A DNA stretch of 64,000 nucleotides. Source: a virus. Within the stretch, counting starts at the first letter, position 1. Each line of letters opens with the position of its first letter. This document shows, piece after piece, positions 37,944-50,296 of this stretch. The stretch lies in the IMG/VR virus record IMGVR_UViG_2721755455_000009; one strand, written 5' to 3'. The notes under the pieces were generated by a model. It worked only from the letters and a program-made list of their open reading frames with translations. It had not been told where the DNA came from and searched no databases. The position numbers and the translations under genes were made by a program.

Positions 37944-38353
37944 TCCCCGCCCTCAGCATCCGCCAGCCCTGGGCCTGGCTCATCGTCCATGGTCATAAGG
38001 ACATCGAGAACCGGAACTGGTCAACGCCGTTTCGCGGCCAGTTGATGATTCATGCAGGCCTGACCATGACCCGCGCTTACTACGACCAGATCACCGAGGA
38101 GCTGGGCAACGCCGACATGCTGCCTGCCAGCGGCTTGCCCTCATATGAAGATCTGCCGCGCGGCGGCCTGGTGGGCTGGACTCGCATCGTTGATTGCGTG
38201 GAGCACAGCGCCTCGAAGTGGAAACAGGAGGGTAGCTTCGGCTTCGTGCTGCGTGACAGCAGGCCCATGCCCTTCGTGCCCTGGAAGGGTAGCCTGCAGT
38301 TCTTCAACGTTCCCGGACATGCACTGGAGGCCCACAGCCATGAAGCGCGCTGA
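37940..38353 (+). CDS. ASCH domain protein
   Basis: ALSIRQPWAWLIV.G.KDIENR.W...RG...IHAG. Confidence 0.9.
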   Translation: MIPALSIRQPWAWLIVHGHKDIENRNWSTPFRGQLMIHAGLTMTRAYYDQITEELGNADMLPASGLPSYEDLPRGGLVGWTRIVDCVEHSASKWKQEGSFGFVLRDSRPMPFVPWKGSLQFFNVPGHALEAHSHEAR

Positions 38354-38684
38354 TGCCGAGATTCTGACGGTCGATGACTTGGCTGAGCTGTTTTCTTGCG
38401 ATAAGGAAACTGCTGCAGCACGCTTGAATAGCGGTGATCTTCCTGGCGTGAAAGTAGGACGGGGATGGATCATTCCTCGCCAGGCACTGTTTGAGCGGTT
38501 AAATGAGAAGGCCAGAGAGGAAGCTGCAGCTAGGCGGTCACAACAGTCTGCGGCTGTCGGAGCTTATCTAACGAAAGACAAAGCGCAAAAAATAACTCCC
38601 GCATTGCTCCCAAGCCACTCCCAATTAAAGCAACGAGGCCGCAAGCGTCGTGAACCTCCCGCTCTACCACCCATCCCTTCGTAG
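38340..38684 (+). CDS. Excisionase-like HTH protein
   Basis: ILTVDDLAE...GDLPGVKVGRGWII. Confidence 0.82.
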   Translation: MKRADAEILTVDDLAELFSCDKETAAARLNSGDLPGVKVGRGWIIPRQALFERLNEKAREEAAARRSQQSAAVGAYLTKDKAQKITPALLPSHSQLKQRGRKRREPPALPPIPS

Positions 38685-38725
38685 GGAACCAATGTCATTG
38701 ATCTATTTCAATTAAACACGAATCT

Positions 38726-40009
38726 TCATTTTTCAATTGATTTTTTATCAGACAAAAGATTTGCGCTTCCCTTATTGATTTCATCAAATTTCTTCAATGT
38801 CTCATTTGCTGTGGATTCAAGCTTTGTGGACTTTTCCATCATTGACGTCATGATTTTATCAGCCTGCCAGTATGCATATCCAACAACAGCCAACAAAATA
38901 GTAAGAACCACACCAATGATAACCAATTGGGTATTTTTTTGATCTTTAAAATCTTTCTCAATTTTCTCGCTAGCCTTTGTTATATACTCAAATATTTGCC
39001 CACCCGGCCGCTGAGAATCGGTGCCATCTAGAAAATCATTGAAATTTTTCTTGTTCTGATATTTTGCAGCATATCCAATACTATTTTCACTTAATGTTTG
39101 GAACTGAATACTTGCAAAATGCTCATTTTTATTTATACCGACCGGCGTTCCACTTGCATTATGCAACATGCAGAAAAGAGCCCCAGAATATCCAGGATCG
39201 ACTTGCGGCCCGTTTGAAAGAACTACGCCAGAAAAGAACAAGCTCACGCGGACGTCAAACGAGCCAACGATGAATCTCGGCAAACGTGCTTCCTCACGAG
39301 CCTTAACCAAAGCAAACGAATATGGCGGAATGACCAGAGGCTTATCTTCAGCTATAGTAAGATGCTTTCCCTGGCACCAGTATTGATCAGCTATTCGCAA
39401 ATCGTAACTAGCCGGCTCAATCAAATTCAAATCCGCATCATCAAGCAATACACCTGCCGAAATTAAATCACTGATAGCATCTGCGGACAAAACTCCTCCA
39501 CGTCCCCCTAGCACCCTAGCGACAGCATTCACAGCGCGGGCGATTTTATCGGCGTCCCCCTTTAAAACAACATCGCAACCTTTAACAATAGCTCGCTGTT
39601 TTTCAAAATCAGCTATATTAATATGCCTATTGGCATCAGCCCCTACTCGTTTAACCTGATCTTCAACCGAATCCAGTGTATCAAGCCCGATTGTAACCGT
39701 CTCAATCCGAGAATGCTCTCTCCAGCCATTGAGAACATTAATTTGGGCGGGATCAAAAACAGTAATACAAATATCTTCACTAAGAGATAATTCACTAAGG
39801 AGCATCCCATAGTAAAAATCTCCGCGAGGGATTTCCCACGCGTAATCGGCAGAATTCCAGACTCCTTCAACAAAATGATATTCATTTTCTTCTGGAAATC
39901 GGCGTCCTCTGTTAGTTGACGGTTTTAGCACCCAACCTTCAGTAAATCCGTTGAGTGCTGTTGTTTTTCCAGACCCCTGAATACCAATCAACACCAGCAA
40001 TTTTTTCAT
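38726..40009 (-). CDS. Fusion: guanylate-kinase-like P-loop domain + dCTP deaminase/dUTPase-fold domain + TM helix
   Basis: GIQGSGKTT, STNR.RR..E..YHFV, YYG; IEPASYDLR, GPQVDPGYSG; LVIIGVVLTILLAVVGYAYW. Confidence 0.8.
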   Translation of the reverse strand: MKKLLVLIGIQGSGKTTALNGFTEGWVLKPSTNRGRRFPEENEYHFVEGVWNSADYAWEIPRGDFYYGMLLSELSLSEDICITVFDPAQINVLNGWREHSRIETVTIGLDTLDSVEDQVKRVGADANRHINIADFEKQRAIVKGCDVVLKGDADKIARAVNAVARVLGGRGGVLSADAISDLISAGVLLDDADLNLIEPASYDLRIADQYWCQGKHLTIAEDKPLVIPPYSFALVKAREEARLPRFIVGSFDVRVSLFFSGVVLSNGPQVDPGYSGALFCMLHNASGTPVGINKNEHFASIQFQTLSENSIGYAAKYQNKKNFNDFLDGTDSQRPGGQIFEYITKASEKIEKDFKDQKNTQLVIIGVVLTILLAVVGYAYWQADKIMTSMMEKSTKLESTANETLKKFDEINKGSANLLSDKKSIEK

Positions 40010-40038
40010 TTAATCTCCTCCTGCACTGCATTAAAAAA

Positions 40039-41307
40039 TCAGCGCCCAAAAATATGTATAGTTTCGCGCTTGATCGATGTCCATGACTGTCGCGCTCTAA
40101 TTTGCCGAATTGATCTATCAACCTCAATCACTTTGTCCCAGCCCCACAACTCCATTGAGTCTTGTATGTGTTTAGCCCCCATATCACGACCTTCGTCCTT
40201 ATGAGGCAGTACAAAAGCTGCGAATGCATTCGTATCCATTTGCTCGAGCTGCATCTTCAGCGAAGCTGAAAGCTCGTCAGCCCAACGCATCCTAGAGTTC
40301 GGCGAATTCCTTTTTCGCCGAGCACCAAATTCTGCTCTCCATAAATCTCCAAGATTTTTATCACTAAATCCAAAAGCATAGAGAGACAAGCGTTGTGCTA
40401 ACGTGTAGTCAATCGCTCCCGCATATGGAGGACTAGTCACAAGGAGCTTAGATCGAGTCTCCGGAGCACCATTTGGAATGCTGGGCTGTGACCAGTTATG
40501 CTCCAGTACTGAAAGATAAACCGAAGTGATGTTTTTATCTAAACGCACAACATCAGTTTTTTCCACTATGCTCTCAAACCGAGAAAGCCATTGCTGCGCC
40601 AAGCGAAAAACATCTTTTGAGACAAGCTCCTTAGGCCAAACGTTATCCGCAATGTGACCCCAGCTTTGGATTTGGGATGATGCTGGCCTCAATATTGCTG
40701 ATATCAGAGTCTTCCCGACAAGTCGAGTAAATGGACTAATTGAAGCATCATCAAATTCTTTCAGTAGTATTTTTATACTACGCAAAGTAGATTTTTCAAA
40801 CCAAGCAGAAAGAAGAGATGTTTGGGATCTCCGCTCAAATTTCTTAATAAAATCTGCAGGACTTGGGAAAATTCTCAGATCCAAACATGAGTCCACAAGA
40901 TAAGATGAGCTTACACCCTCAAAACTAAGTTGATACTTTGAATTTTTATCTATCCGATGAAGAATTTCGCGAACTTCTCGAAATAAAGCACCAACTAACG
41001 CTGGGTCCGATGCTTTCAACAACAACACCCCTCCAGCGACGTAGGATGCAAGACAGCCCACTGGATTAGTTTCTGTGAGTAGAGCCCTTCGCCCTTGCCG
41101 AATTGCCTCTAAAGCACTAGTCCCAGTGCCACCATAAGGATCAAAAACAAGTTCACCCGGTTTACTTAATGCCTGAATTAACGTGGTGGGTATATCAGCA
41201 GGAAAAGTACCTGGATACCAATGGATCGTTTTGCTTGTTCCAGGCAAGTTTTGGGAAAAATCCCAATCTACTTGATTTAGCTGCCGCTTTATTTTTGCAG
41301 AAATCAT
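40039..41307 (-). CDS. Amino (N4-C/N6-A type) DNA methyltransferase-like protein
   Basis: HWYPGTFP, DPYGGTGT (motif I), TSPPY (motif IV). Confidence 0.85.
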   Translation of the reverse strand: MISAKIKRQLNQVDWDFSQNLPGTSKTIHWYPGTFPADIPTTLIQALSKPGELVFDPYGGTGTSALEAIRQGRRALLTETNPVGCLASYVAGGVLLLKASDPALVGALFREVREILHRIDKNSKYQLSFEGVSSSYLVDSCLDLRIFPSPADFIKKFERRSQTSLLSAWFEKSTLRSIKILLKEFDDASISPFTRLVGKTLISAILRPASSQIQSWGHIADNVWPKELVSKDVFRLAQQWLSRFESIVEKTDVVRLDKNITSVYLSVLEHNWSQPSIPNGAPETRSKLLVTSPPYAGAIDYTLAQRLSLYAFGFSDKNLGDLWRAEFGARRKRNSPNSRMRWADELSASLKMQLEQMDTNAFAAFVLPHKDEGRDMGAKHIQDSMELWGWDKVIEVDRSIRQIRARQSWTSIKRETIHIFGR

Positions 41308-42593
41308 ATCAACTTCTTTTGAGAAATCTGAGGAGTACCCATTGGATCCATCAGTAACTCAATATCTTTAACCCCGTACTCCGAGAGTATCTCCATAAAT
41401 GCAGATTTTAGAGCCGAGCGCTCACCCTCAGTAATTGAAGAAGCCGCAAAGATGCCACACAACAGGCGTCTACTACTATTTCCGATGGTCTTTATTTCAC
41501 CCATTTCATTAGCTACTGAAATCTGTCTTTCCGTCTTCCCTTTATCCAAAATAAAGTGAATTAAAATTTTCACACCCTTTACATTGGCGCGATTAACTAT
41601 TAGTTGCTCAATCGCAATTTTTGCCTCAATCTCATTAACACGACCATACAATTCAACACTTGCGCTAGCTCCAAGATAAACTGGCAAATAGAGATCGCCA
41701 CACCTTATTCTACGGACTAAATCTCTTATTTCCTGAGCATCACCAATAGCATTTTTTTCTAAATGTTCCAAAAACTCCGCGTCCGTACGAATCCAGCTAT
41801 CTGAACCTATTAAATCGTAATTTGCAGCTTTTTCAATAGCCCTCGTTAACATCGCCTTCGAAGAGAATTCAGCCCAATCAAGCAGCAAAAGACTGTAGAG
41901 ATCTTTACGCACTATTTGCCAGCGCTTAACTACAGGGAAGAACTCTTCAGACAAACTTATTCCACCGTCGACTGGCAATAAATTTGTCGCGAGGCTCTCC
42001 GCGATTACTGCATCAGATTTCTTTGCAACACCCGCATGAAATGCTAGGCGTATAACGTTATCGATATTATCGAGATCTAAAGTACCAGATATTAAAGGTC
42101 CAAATCGACCATTACCTTTAATAATTTCTGTAACCGAACTCCACGAATCTTTGAGATAGAGCTGAGCAGAAAATGGACGCCCCGCAAAGGTGGCACCAGC
42201 GAGTACCTCTTGGTGATATGTGGACTTCCAGCCATGAGAAATATCTTCATGAATGAATTCCTCATCTATGTGATTATCTTCTAACACGTACTGCATCGAA
42301 TGGCCAAACGGACCAGTTTGGATGTCATGAAGTACCGCAGCAGCCAACAAATTTCTTTCCGCCAACCCAGTTACACCATGGGCTTTACACCATATTTTGG
42401 TCAAATGTAAAACACCGATGGTATGCTCAAATCTTGATATCTCAGAAGCACCAGTTACCAAAAGCGAATTAATATTGCACATCCGAACGTATCTCAGACG
42501 TTGCACTTCCGGCAATCGAAGCAAGCCATACTCGAATTCTGTAAATTCAATACGACCGTAAAGAGGATCCCATGAGCGGAACAGGTTCAGCAT
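41304..42593 (-). CDS. HD-domain phosphohydrolase, SAMHD1/dNTP triphosphohydrolase-like
   Basis: DPLYG, QRLR, SRFEHTIG, LHDI..GPFGH, HE, DLDNID. Confidence 0.88.
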   Translation of the reverse strand: MLNLFRSWDPLYGRIEFTEFEYGLLRLPEVQRLRYVRMCNINSLLVTGASEISRFEHTIGVLHLTKIWCKAHGVTGLAERNLLAAAVLHDIQTGPFGHSMQYVLEDNHIDEEFIHEDISHGWKSTYHQEVLAGATFAGRPFSAQLYLKDSWSSVTEIIKGNGRFGPLISGTLDLDNIDNVIRLAFHAGVAKKSDAVIAESLATNLLPVDGGISLSEEFFPVVKRWQIVRKDLYSLLLLDWAEFSSKAMLTRAIEKAANYDLIGSDSWIRTDAEFLEHLEKNAIGDAQEIRDLVRRIRCGDLYLPVYLGASASVELYGRVNEIEAKIAIEQLIVNRANVKGVKILIHFILDKGKTERQISVANEMGEIKTIGNSSRRLLCGIFAASSITEGERSALKSAFMEILSEYGVKDIELLMDPMGTPQISQKKLI

Positions 42594-43762
42594 AAATACT
42601 CCTCCGCAGCCAGCCAGCCCGAGATACACGCTTGCAGGAGTCCGCGAGCATGGCCGCTACTATCACCTAAAGCAAATACATTTGGCAAAGATGTCTTATG
42701 AGATGACGGTGCTGCAAAAGTATTCCAGTGCCAATCGATCAACGGCATATGAACACGGTGGGGAAAACTTAAATCAATTAGCTTCTCTTGATTAAGGGAT
42801 TGGGCAAAGCCCTTTATCTTGATGCACTCCTCTTCACCAAATAATTTATGAAGAACTTCATCAAGATAAAATTCCGAACCGCAATAAACTTTGGAGCTAG
42901 CCTGTGCGAGACTTTCCGCAATTTTGCTTCCAGAATATGCAATATGGCGCAAGCGTTCCTTTTTTTTGGAAACACGCAACAATAAACCAACATTGCCGGA
43001 CTTCTCATTCTCATCTGCCACCACTCCCCCAGGAATAGAGAAGCCAGCAAATGGATAGTTGTATATTAACCCAGGAGAGTTTAAGCAGAATGTTCTGCAT
43101 TCAGCCTGAAGTATTTTCGCATCAGGCCCTAGCGCTCGCAGACCCTGTAGAGCCTTTCGATCGGCGAACTCAATACGCACCCCTATATCTAGCCCCTTAC
43201 CTTCATAAGGCATAGCTCCAGCCTTAAGCAACACTCCATCTGAAAGGCGTCCAGCTGCATAAAATACAGCATTAGCCGTAATATTATGCAGCGATCCATT
43301 CAAAACCCGAACATTCCACCCATTATCCAACGGTGATATTGAATCAACACGCCCATGAATTAGACGAGCTTTTTCCTGAATTGAATTTGTCAATCGATCT
43401 AGCAGCTCAGAAATCTGCTCAGGCGTCAATAAATAAGATTGATATTGTCTTAAAGAGATTCCATTATCTCTTTGCAAGTCAATCGAAGGTTGCGGTAGAC
43501 AGCTTGGAAGTTTAAGCAGATCTATAATTGACTCAATAATTGAATTAAGACGCTCCTCAGAACCAGCTAAAGAAAGAAGTCCCATACCAGCAGGAGGAAG
43601 TGAAAACTTCGCACCCGAAAAACGGGCAAATCCTCCGATTTTACCTTCAGCCTGGGGAAGGGCATTGTCAATAACTACAACTGAAACTCCATTTTTTGCA
43701 AGCCGCTCGGCGGCAAAAATCCCCGTCAAACCTCCCCCAATAACCACAACATCTGCCTGCAT
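42587..43762 (-). CDS. FAD-dependent oxidoreductase (COG2509-like)
   Basis: VVVIGGGLTG, IGVRIE, RTFC.N.PG, ALGDSSG..RGL.QA..SG. Confidence 0.82.
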   Translation of the reverse strand: MQADVVVIGGGLTGIFAAERLAKNGVSVVVIDNALPQAEGKIGGFARFSGAKFSLPPAGMGLLSLAGSEERLNSIIESIIDLLKLPSCLPQPSIDLQRDNGISLRQYQSYLLTPEQISELLDRLTNSIQEKARLIHGRVDSISPLDNGWNVRVLNGSLHNITANAVFYAAGRLSDGVLLKAGAMPYEGKGLDIGVRIEFADRKALQGLRALGPDAKILQAECRTFCLNSPGLIYNYPFAGFSIPGGVVADENEKSGNVGLLLRVSKKKERLRHIAYSGSKIAESLAQASSKVYCGSEFYLDEVLHKLFGEEECIKIKGFAQSLNQEKLIDLSFPHRVHMPLIDWHWNTFAAPSSHKTSLPNVFALGDSSGHARGLLQACISGWLAAEEYLC

Positions 43763-43817
43763 CTACCCTCCTCCAATTCATCAAACTAGATTTCGATCTT
43801 TAGTAAACACCTAGATA

Positions 43818-45032
43818 CTAACTGAGCATTCTTAAAGCCAAATCCTCAGCCCTAAAGCAGGCGTACCGTTGCACCATCTTACTGCCGGGAGCCCATCCCA
43901 TGATGCGGTGGATCTCTGCCTCCCGGAACATCCAGTCTCCCTTCTTGTTACGCATCTCGAACCAAAGGCATGTCGCCTCATGGCGCAGATCGTGCTCCGT
44001 AAGTCCATCACACTGCGCATAGGCAAACACGCTAGCGAATCGATTGGAGAGACGCGACGAAACTCTGGCCAACTCCCGCGCATCCTCTTCTCCATTCCAC
44101 CAAGGGAAGACTAACTGATGTTCGCCTTCAACATGCAGCGTCTGGAAGTAGGCTTCCAGAACACCGAACAGCTCGGGTCGCATTGGCACCTCTCGGTACT
44201 TAACCTTGCCGTGCCACTGCTTGCTAGCCTTCACTCGAATCACCCGTGTCGCCATACCGAACTGCACATGCCTCAGCGTATAGGCCTCACGCAACCGCAA
44301 CCCTGTATACATGATCAGCAGGAACATGGCGCGCAGGGCTGGTGCGTCGTCCAGCTTGATGGTGCGCTCACGGTCCGGCCGGCGTTCGCCGGCCAGCACC
44401 CGCTCGATGCGCTCCAGCTCGCCAGGCAGCAGCCGGCGCTCGCGCTGGACATCTTCCTTCGCAACCTTGGGCTTGACCTGGTCACCGGCCGCACGGTTGA
44501 GCGCCTCAATGTCGGCTCGGTCCTTCGGGGTGTATGAGGCAGCACCCTTGGGCAACAGACGCAGCGGGTTGCCCACCATCGCATCGGGGTGCTGCCGAAG
44601 CCACCAGTCCAAGCAGCGAGACAGTGAGCCTACGCGTTTGCGGATAGTGCCGGGGGCGAAATTGCGCTCCAGCTTCAGGCTGCGCACCCAGGCCTCGACC
44701 CATTTGTAGGTGAGGTCAGCAATCAACACCTTGCCCACCTCGTCGACCAGTAGCTCGAGGACCGGAATATCCGTGGCCGCCGGCTGGCCGGTATTGATCC
44801 AAGCAATCAGCACGAATCGCAACCGCTCTGTCGGTTTCGGTGCCGAGGCATTCTGCTGCACTAGGCCTGCAGGCACTACGCCAGCGGCCAGCAACTGGTC
44901 GACCTGCTGGCCGTACTGCTCAGCCTCAGCTTGGTCGTCGAACGTCATATAGACGGGCTTAGGCAGCAGCTTGCTGCGTATGGTCAGCTCATAGCGCCCA
45001 CGGGGCGTCTTGCGCACACTCGACACACTCAC
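43818..45032 (-). CDS. int: Tyrosine recombinase / phage integrase
   Basis: TGLRLRE, HDLRH, IMGW and RY catalytic motifs; next to tRNA. Confidence 0.93.
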   Translation of the reverse strand: MSVSSVRKTPRGRYELTIRSKLLPKPVYMTFDDQAEAEQYGQQVDQLLAAGVVPAGLVQQNASAPKPTERLRFVLIAWINTGQPAATDIPVLELLVDEVGKVLIADLTYKWVEAWVRSLKLERNFAPGTIRKRVGSLSRCLDWWLRQHPDAMVGNPLRLLPKGAASYTPKDRADIEALNRAAGDQVKPKVAKEDVQRERRLLPGELERIERVLAGERRPDRERTIKLDDAPALRAMFLLIMYTGLRLREAYTLRHVQFGMATRVIRVKASKQWHGKVKYREVPMRPELFGVLEAYFQTLHVEGEHQLVFPWWNGEEDARELARVSSRLSNRFASVFAYAQCDGLTEHDLRHEATCLWFEMRNKKGDWMFREAEIHRIMGWAPGSKMVQRYACFRAEDLALRMLS

Positions 45033-45160
45033 CTCCCATTGATGCTCGGGCGGAGTGTACTCACCTCATCGACAAACCTGGAAGATTAGGCGTGGTTCGA
45101 CCGCAGTTTCGGCGCGGTTTGAGGTCGATTGAGCCTATATCGAGGCGGGCCAGAAATGAA

Positions 45161-45181
45161 AAACGGCCCCGAAGGGCCGTA
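45161..45181 (-). terminator. Terminator downstream of the tRNA operon
   Basis: ACGGCCC-TTCG-GGGCCGT followed by TTTT on the minus strand. Confidence 0.7.
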
Positions 45182-45208
45182 TAAGTATTTGATTTTCTTT
45201 AGAATTTT

Positions 45209-45282
45209 TGGAGGCGCGAACCAGAGTCGAACTGGTCTAACCGGATTTGCAATCCGGGGCATAACCGCTTTGCTATCGCGCC
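45209..45282 (-). tRNA. tRNA-Cys(GCA), probable attachment site
   Basis: Cloverleaf, anticodon GCA, TTCGA loop, encoded CCA. Confidence 0.96.
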
Positions 45283-45325
45283 AAGATCACTATCAAACAT
45301 GCAGCATTGCTGCAGTTTCTAAAAC

Positions 45326-45401
45326 TGGAGCGGGAAAACGGGTTCGAACCGTCGACCTCAACCTTGGCAAGGTTGCGCTCTACCAACTGAGCTATTCCCG
45401 C
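45326..45401 (-). tRNA. tRNA-Gly(GCC)
   Basis: GCGGGAATAGCTCAG...TTGCCAA...TTCGA...CCA. Confidence 0.97.
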
Positions 45402-45459
45402 AAACATTCAAGCAACTACCCGTCACCTGAATCGAACGTACACAAGGCACATTCAAAAC

Positions 45460-45535
45460 TGGAGCGGGAAAACGGGTTCGAACCGTCGACCTCAACCTTG
45501 GCAAGGTTGCGCTCTACCAACTGAGCTATTCCCGC
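45460..45535 (-). tRNA. tRNA-Gly(GCC)
   Basis: Identical copy. Confidence 0.97.
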
Positions 45536-45602
45536 TTGAATCATCCATTCTGGCAGCCAACCGCTACCAGAACCGAGCACACCCGAAAGCATGTTCGAAA
45601 TC

Positions 45603-45678
45603 TGGAGCGGGAAAACGGGTTCGAACCGTCGACCTCAACCTTGGCAAGGTTGCGCTCTACCAACTGAGCTATTCCCGC
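45603..45678 (-). tRNA. tRNA-Gly(GCC)
   Basis: Identical copy. Confidence 0.97.
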
Positions 45679-45782
45679 ATTTTCTATCGAAGCCTGACAT
45701 TCTACAACGTCGTTTGCTGCGATGGGATGAATTGTAGCGTAGTTCTTGGAGGGTTCAGGAAAAACGCTACATTTTTTCATCT

Positions 45783-48197
<2,415 letters not shown>

Positions 48198-48317
48198 GGG
48201 AATCCTCGGTTTGTCAGCGGAAGATGGTCCGCCCACCGGTGTATTTCAACCCCGCAGCCCGAAAGGATTTCGGGTCACAGGGACTTGCGCTGCCGGACCT
48301 TTGCAGGCAGCGGCGCA

Positions 48318-49580
48318 TCAGGCTTTCTTGGCCGCCTCGCGGTAAACCAGCAGCGGTGCTTTTCCGTCTTCGATGGTGGACTCGTCCACCACCACCTTCT
48401 CGACATTGTCGGCATTGGGCAGTTCGTACATGGTGCCGATCAGCGATTGCTCCAGGATGGAGCGCAGGCCACGGGCACCCGTCTTGCGCGCCAGCGCCTT
48501 GCGGGCGATGGCCTTGAGCGCGGCGGGCCGGATCTCCAGCTCCACGCCTTCCATGGCCAGCAGCTTGCTGTACTGCTTGACCAGGGCGTTCTTGGGCTCG
48601 GTCAGGATCTGCACCAGGGCGTCTTCACCCAGTTCGGCCAGGGCCGTGACCACGGGCATGCGGCCGACCAGCTCGGGGATGATGCCGAACTTGATCAGGT
48701 CTTCAGGCTCGATCTCCTGGAACACTTCCGAGATGGAGCGCTGCTTCTTGCTCTTGACCGTGGCGCCAAAGCCGATGCCCGACGCCTCGGTGCGGTTCTC
48801 GATGACCTTCTCCAGGCCCGCGAACGCGCCACCGCAGATGAACAGGATGTTGGTCGTGTCGATCTGCAGGAAGTCCTGGTTCGGATGCTTGCGGCCGCCT
48901 TGCGGGGGCACGCTGGCCATGGTGCCTTCGATGAGCTTGAGCAGGGCCTGCTGCACGCCCTCGCCCGACACGTCACGCGTGATGCTGGGGTTGTCGGACT
49001 TGCGCGAGATCTTGTCGATCTCGTCGATGTAGACGATGCCGCGCTGCGCACGCTCGACGTCGTATTCGCAGCTTTGCAGCAGCTTCTGGATGATGTTCTC
49101 GACGTCCTCGCCCACGTAGCCGGCCTCGGTCAGCGTGGTGGCATCGGCCATGACGAAGGGAACGTTGAGCATGCGCGCCAGCGTCTGCGCCAGCAGCGTC
49201 TTGCCGGAGCCCGTGGGACCGATGAGCAGGATGTTGCTCTTGGCCAGCTCAATCTCGTCCTTGCCGGCCTTGTCCTTGTGACGCAGGCGCTTGTAGTGGT
49301 TGTATACGGCGACAGCCAGCGTGCGCTTGGGCAGGTCCTGGCCGATCACGTAGTTGTCCAGGTTGGCCTTGATTTCGGCGGGCGTGGGCAGGTCGCCTCG
49401 GCCGTCCTTGGCCTCGGTGCTGGGCTGCTCGTCGCGGATGATCTCGTTGCAGAGATCGATGCACTCGTCGCAGATAAAGACTGACGGACCCGCGATCAGC
49501 TTCTTGACCTCATGCTGGCTCTTGCCGCAGAAGGTGCAATAAAGGTTTTTTTCGCTGGAGGAGCCTTTTTTCTCGGCCAT
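48318..49580 (-). CDS. clpX: ATP-dependent Clp protease ATP-binding subunit
   Basis: Zn finger, [11 protein letters not shown] loop. Confidence 0.98.
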   Translation of the reverse strand: MAEKKGSSSEKNLYCTFCGKSQHEVKKLIAGPSVFICDECIDLCNEIIRDEQPSTEAKDGRGDLPTPAEIKANLDNYVIGQDLPKRTLAVAVYNHYKRLRHKDKAGKDEIELAKSNILLIGPTGSGKTLLAQTLARMLNVPFVMADATTLTEAGYVGEDVENIIQKLLQSCEYDVERAQRGIVYIDEIDKISRKSDNPSITRDVSGEGVQQALLKLIEGTMASVPPQGGRKHPNQDFLQIDTTNILFICGGAFAGLEKVIENRTEASGIGFGATVKSKKQRSISEVFQEIEPEDLIKFGIIPELVGRMPVVTALAELGEDALVQILTEPKNALVKQYSKLLAMEGVELEIRPAALKAIARKALARKTGARGLRSILEQSLIGTMYELPNADNVEKVVVDESTIEDGKAPLLVYREAAKKA

Positions 49581-49687
49581 GGGGTCGGTGCCTTGTTACA
49601 GAAATATGGAAAAGGATGATAACCAAATGGAAAGCGGCGTTTTCCGTAGGGGGAAAACGCCGCCCATTCTCATACAGCCTCCGGGCT

Positions 49688-50296
49688 TCAGGAGCGCTTG
49701 TTGATCACCTGATCGACCAGGCCGTAGTCCTTGGCTTCGTCGGCGGACAGGAAGTAGTCGCGCTCGGTGTCGTGCTGGATCTTTTCCAGCGGTTGGCCCG
49801 TGCGCTCGGCCAGGATCTTGTTCAGGCGCTCGCGGGTCTTGAGGATCTCGCGGGCGTGGATCTCGATCTCGGTGGCCTGGCCCTGCATGCCGCCCAGCGG
49901 CTGGTGGATCATGACCTGGGAATTGGGTAGCGCAAAGCGCTTGCCCTTGGTGCCAGCGGCCAGCAGGAAGGCGCCCATGCTGGCTGCAATGCCGGTGCAC
50001 AGCGTGGACACATCGGGCTTGATGAAGTTCATCGTGTCGAAGATGGCCAGGCCAGCGCTCACGGAGCCGCCGGGGCTGTTGATGTAGAACGAAATGTCCT
50101 TGTCGGGGTTTTCGCTTTCAAGGAACAGCAGCTGGGCCACGACGAGGTTGGCCGTCTGGTCATTGACAGGACCCACCAGGAAGATCACCCGGTCCTTGAG
50201 CAGGCGCGAGTAGATGTCGTACGACCGCTCTCCGCGGCCGGACTGTTCGATGACCATTGGGATCATGCCCAAACCCTGAGTTTCCAATGCGCTCAT
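49688..50296 (-). CDS. clpP: Clp protease proteolytic subunit
   Basis: [25 protein letters not shown]. Confidence 0.98.
   Translation of the reverse strand: MSALETQGLGMIPMVIEQSGRGERSYDIYSRLLKDRVIFLVGPVNDQTANLVVAQLLFLESENPDKDISFYINSPGGSVSAGLAIFDTMNFIKPDVSTLCTGIAASMGAFLLAAGTKGKRFALPNSQVMIHQPLGGMQGQATEIEIHAREILKTRERLNKILAERTGQPLEKIQHDTERDYFLSADEAKDYGLVDQVINKRS

Larger units (their letters stand above)
1..45250. mobile_element. Temperate siphovirus-like prophage integrated at tRNA-Cys; left boundary not seen in the window
   Basis: Contiguous lysis, tail, head, terminase, replication, immunity, xis and int modules ending at the tRNA-Cys 3' end. Confidence 0.93.

Noticed and set aside
38726..43762. 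Classical restriction-modification, BREX, DISARM or Dnd system
   Set aside because: No nuclease, helicase, PglZ or Dnd-like genes; only the MTase is shared
45088..45130. Integrase arm-type repeats (gcgtggtt / cgcagttt / cgcggttt)
   Set aside because: Too short and degenerate to support without the other att end
45326..45678. Three identical 76-bp repeats with unique spacers resembling a CRISPR array
   Set aside because: They are tRNA-Gly(GCC) genes; no cas genes are present
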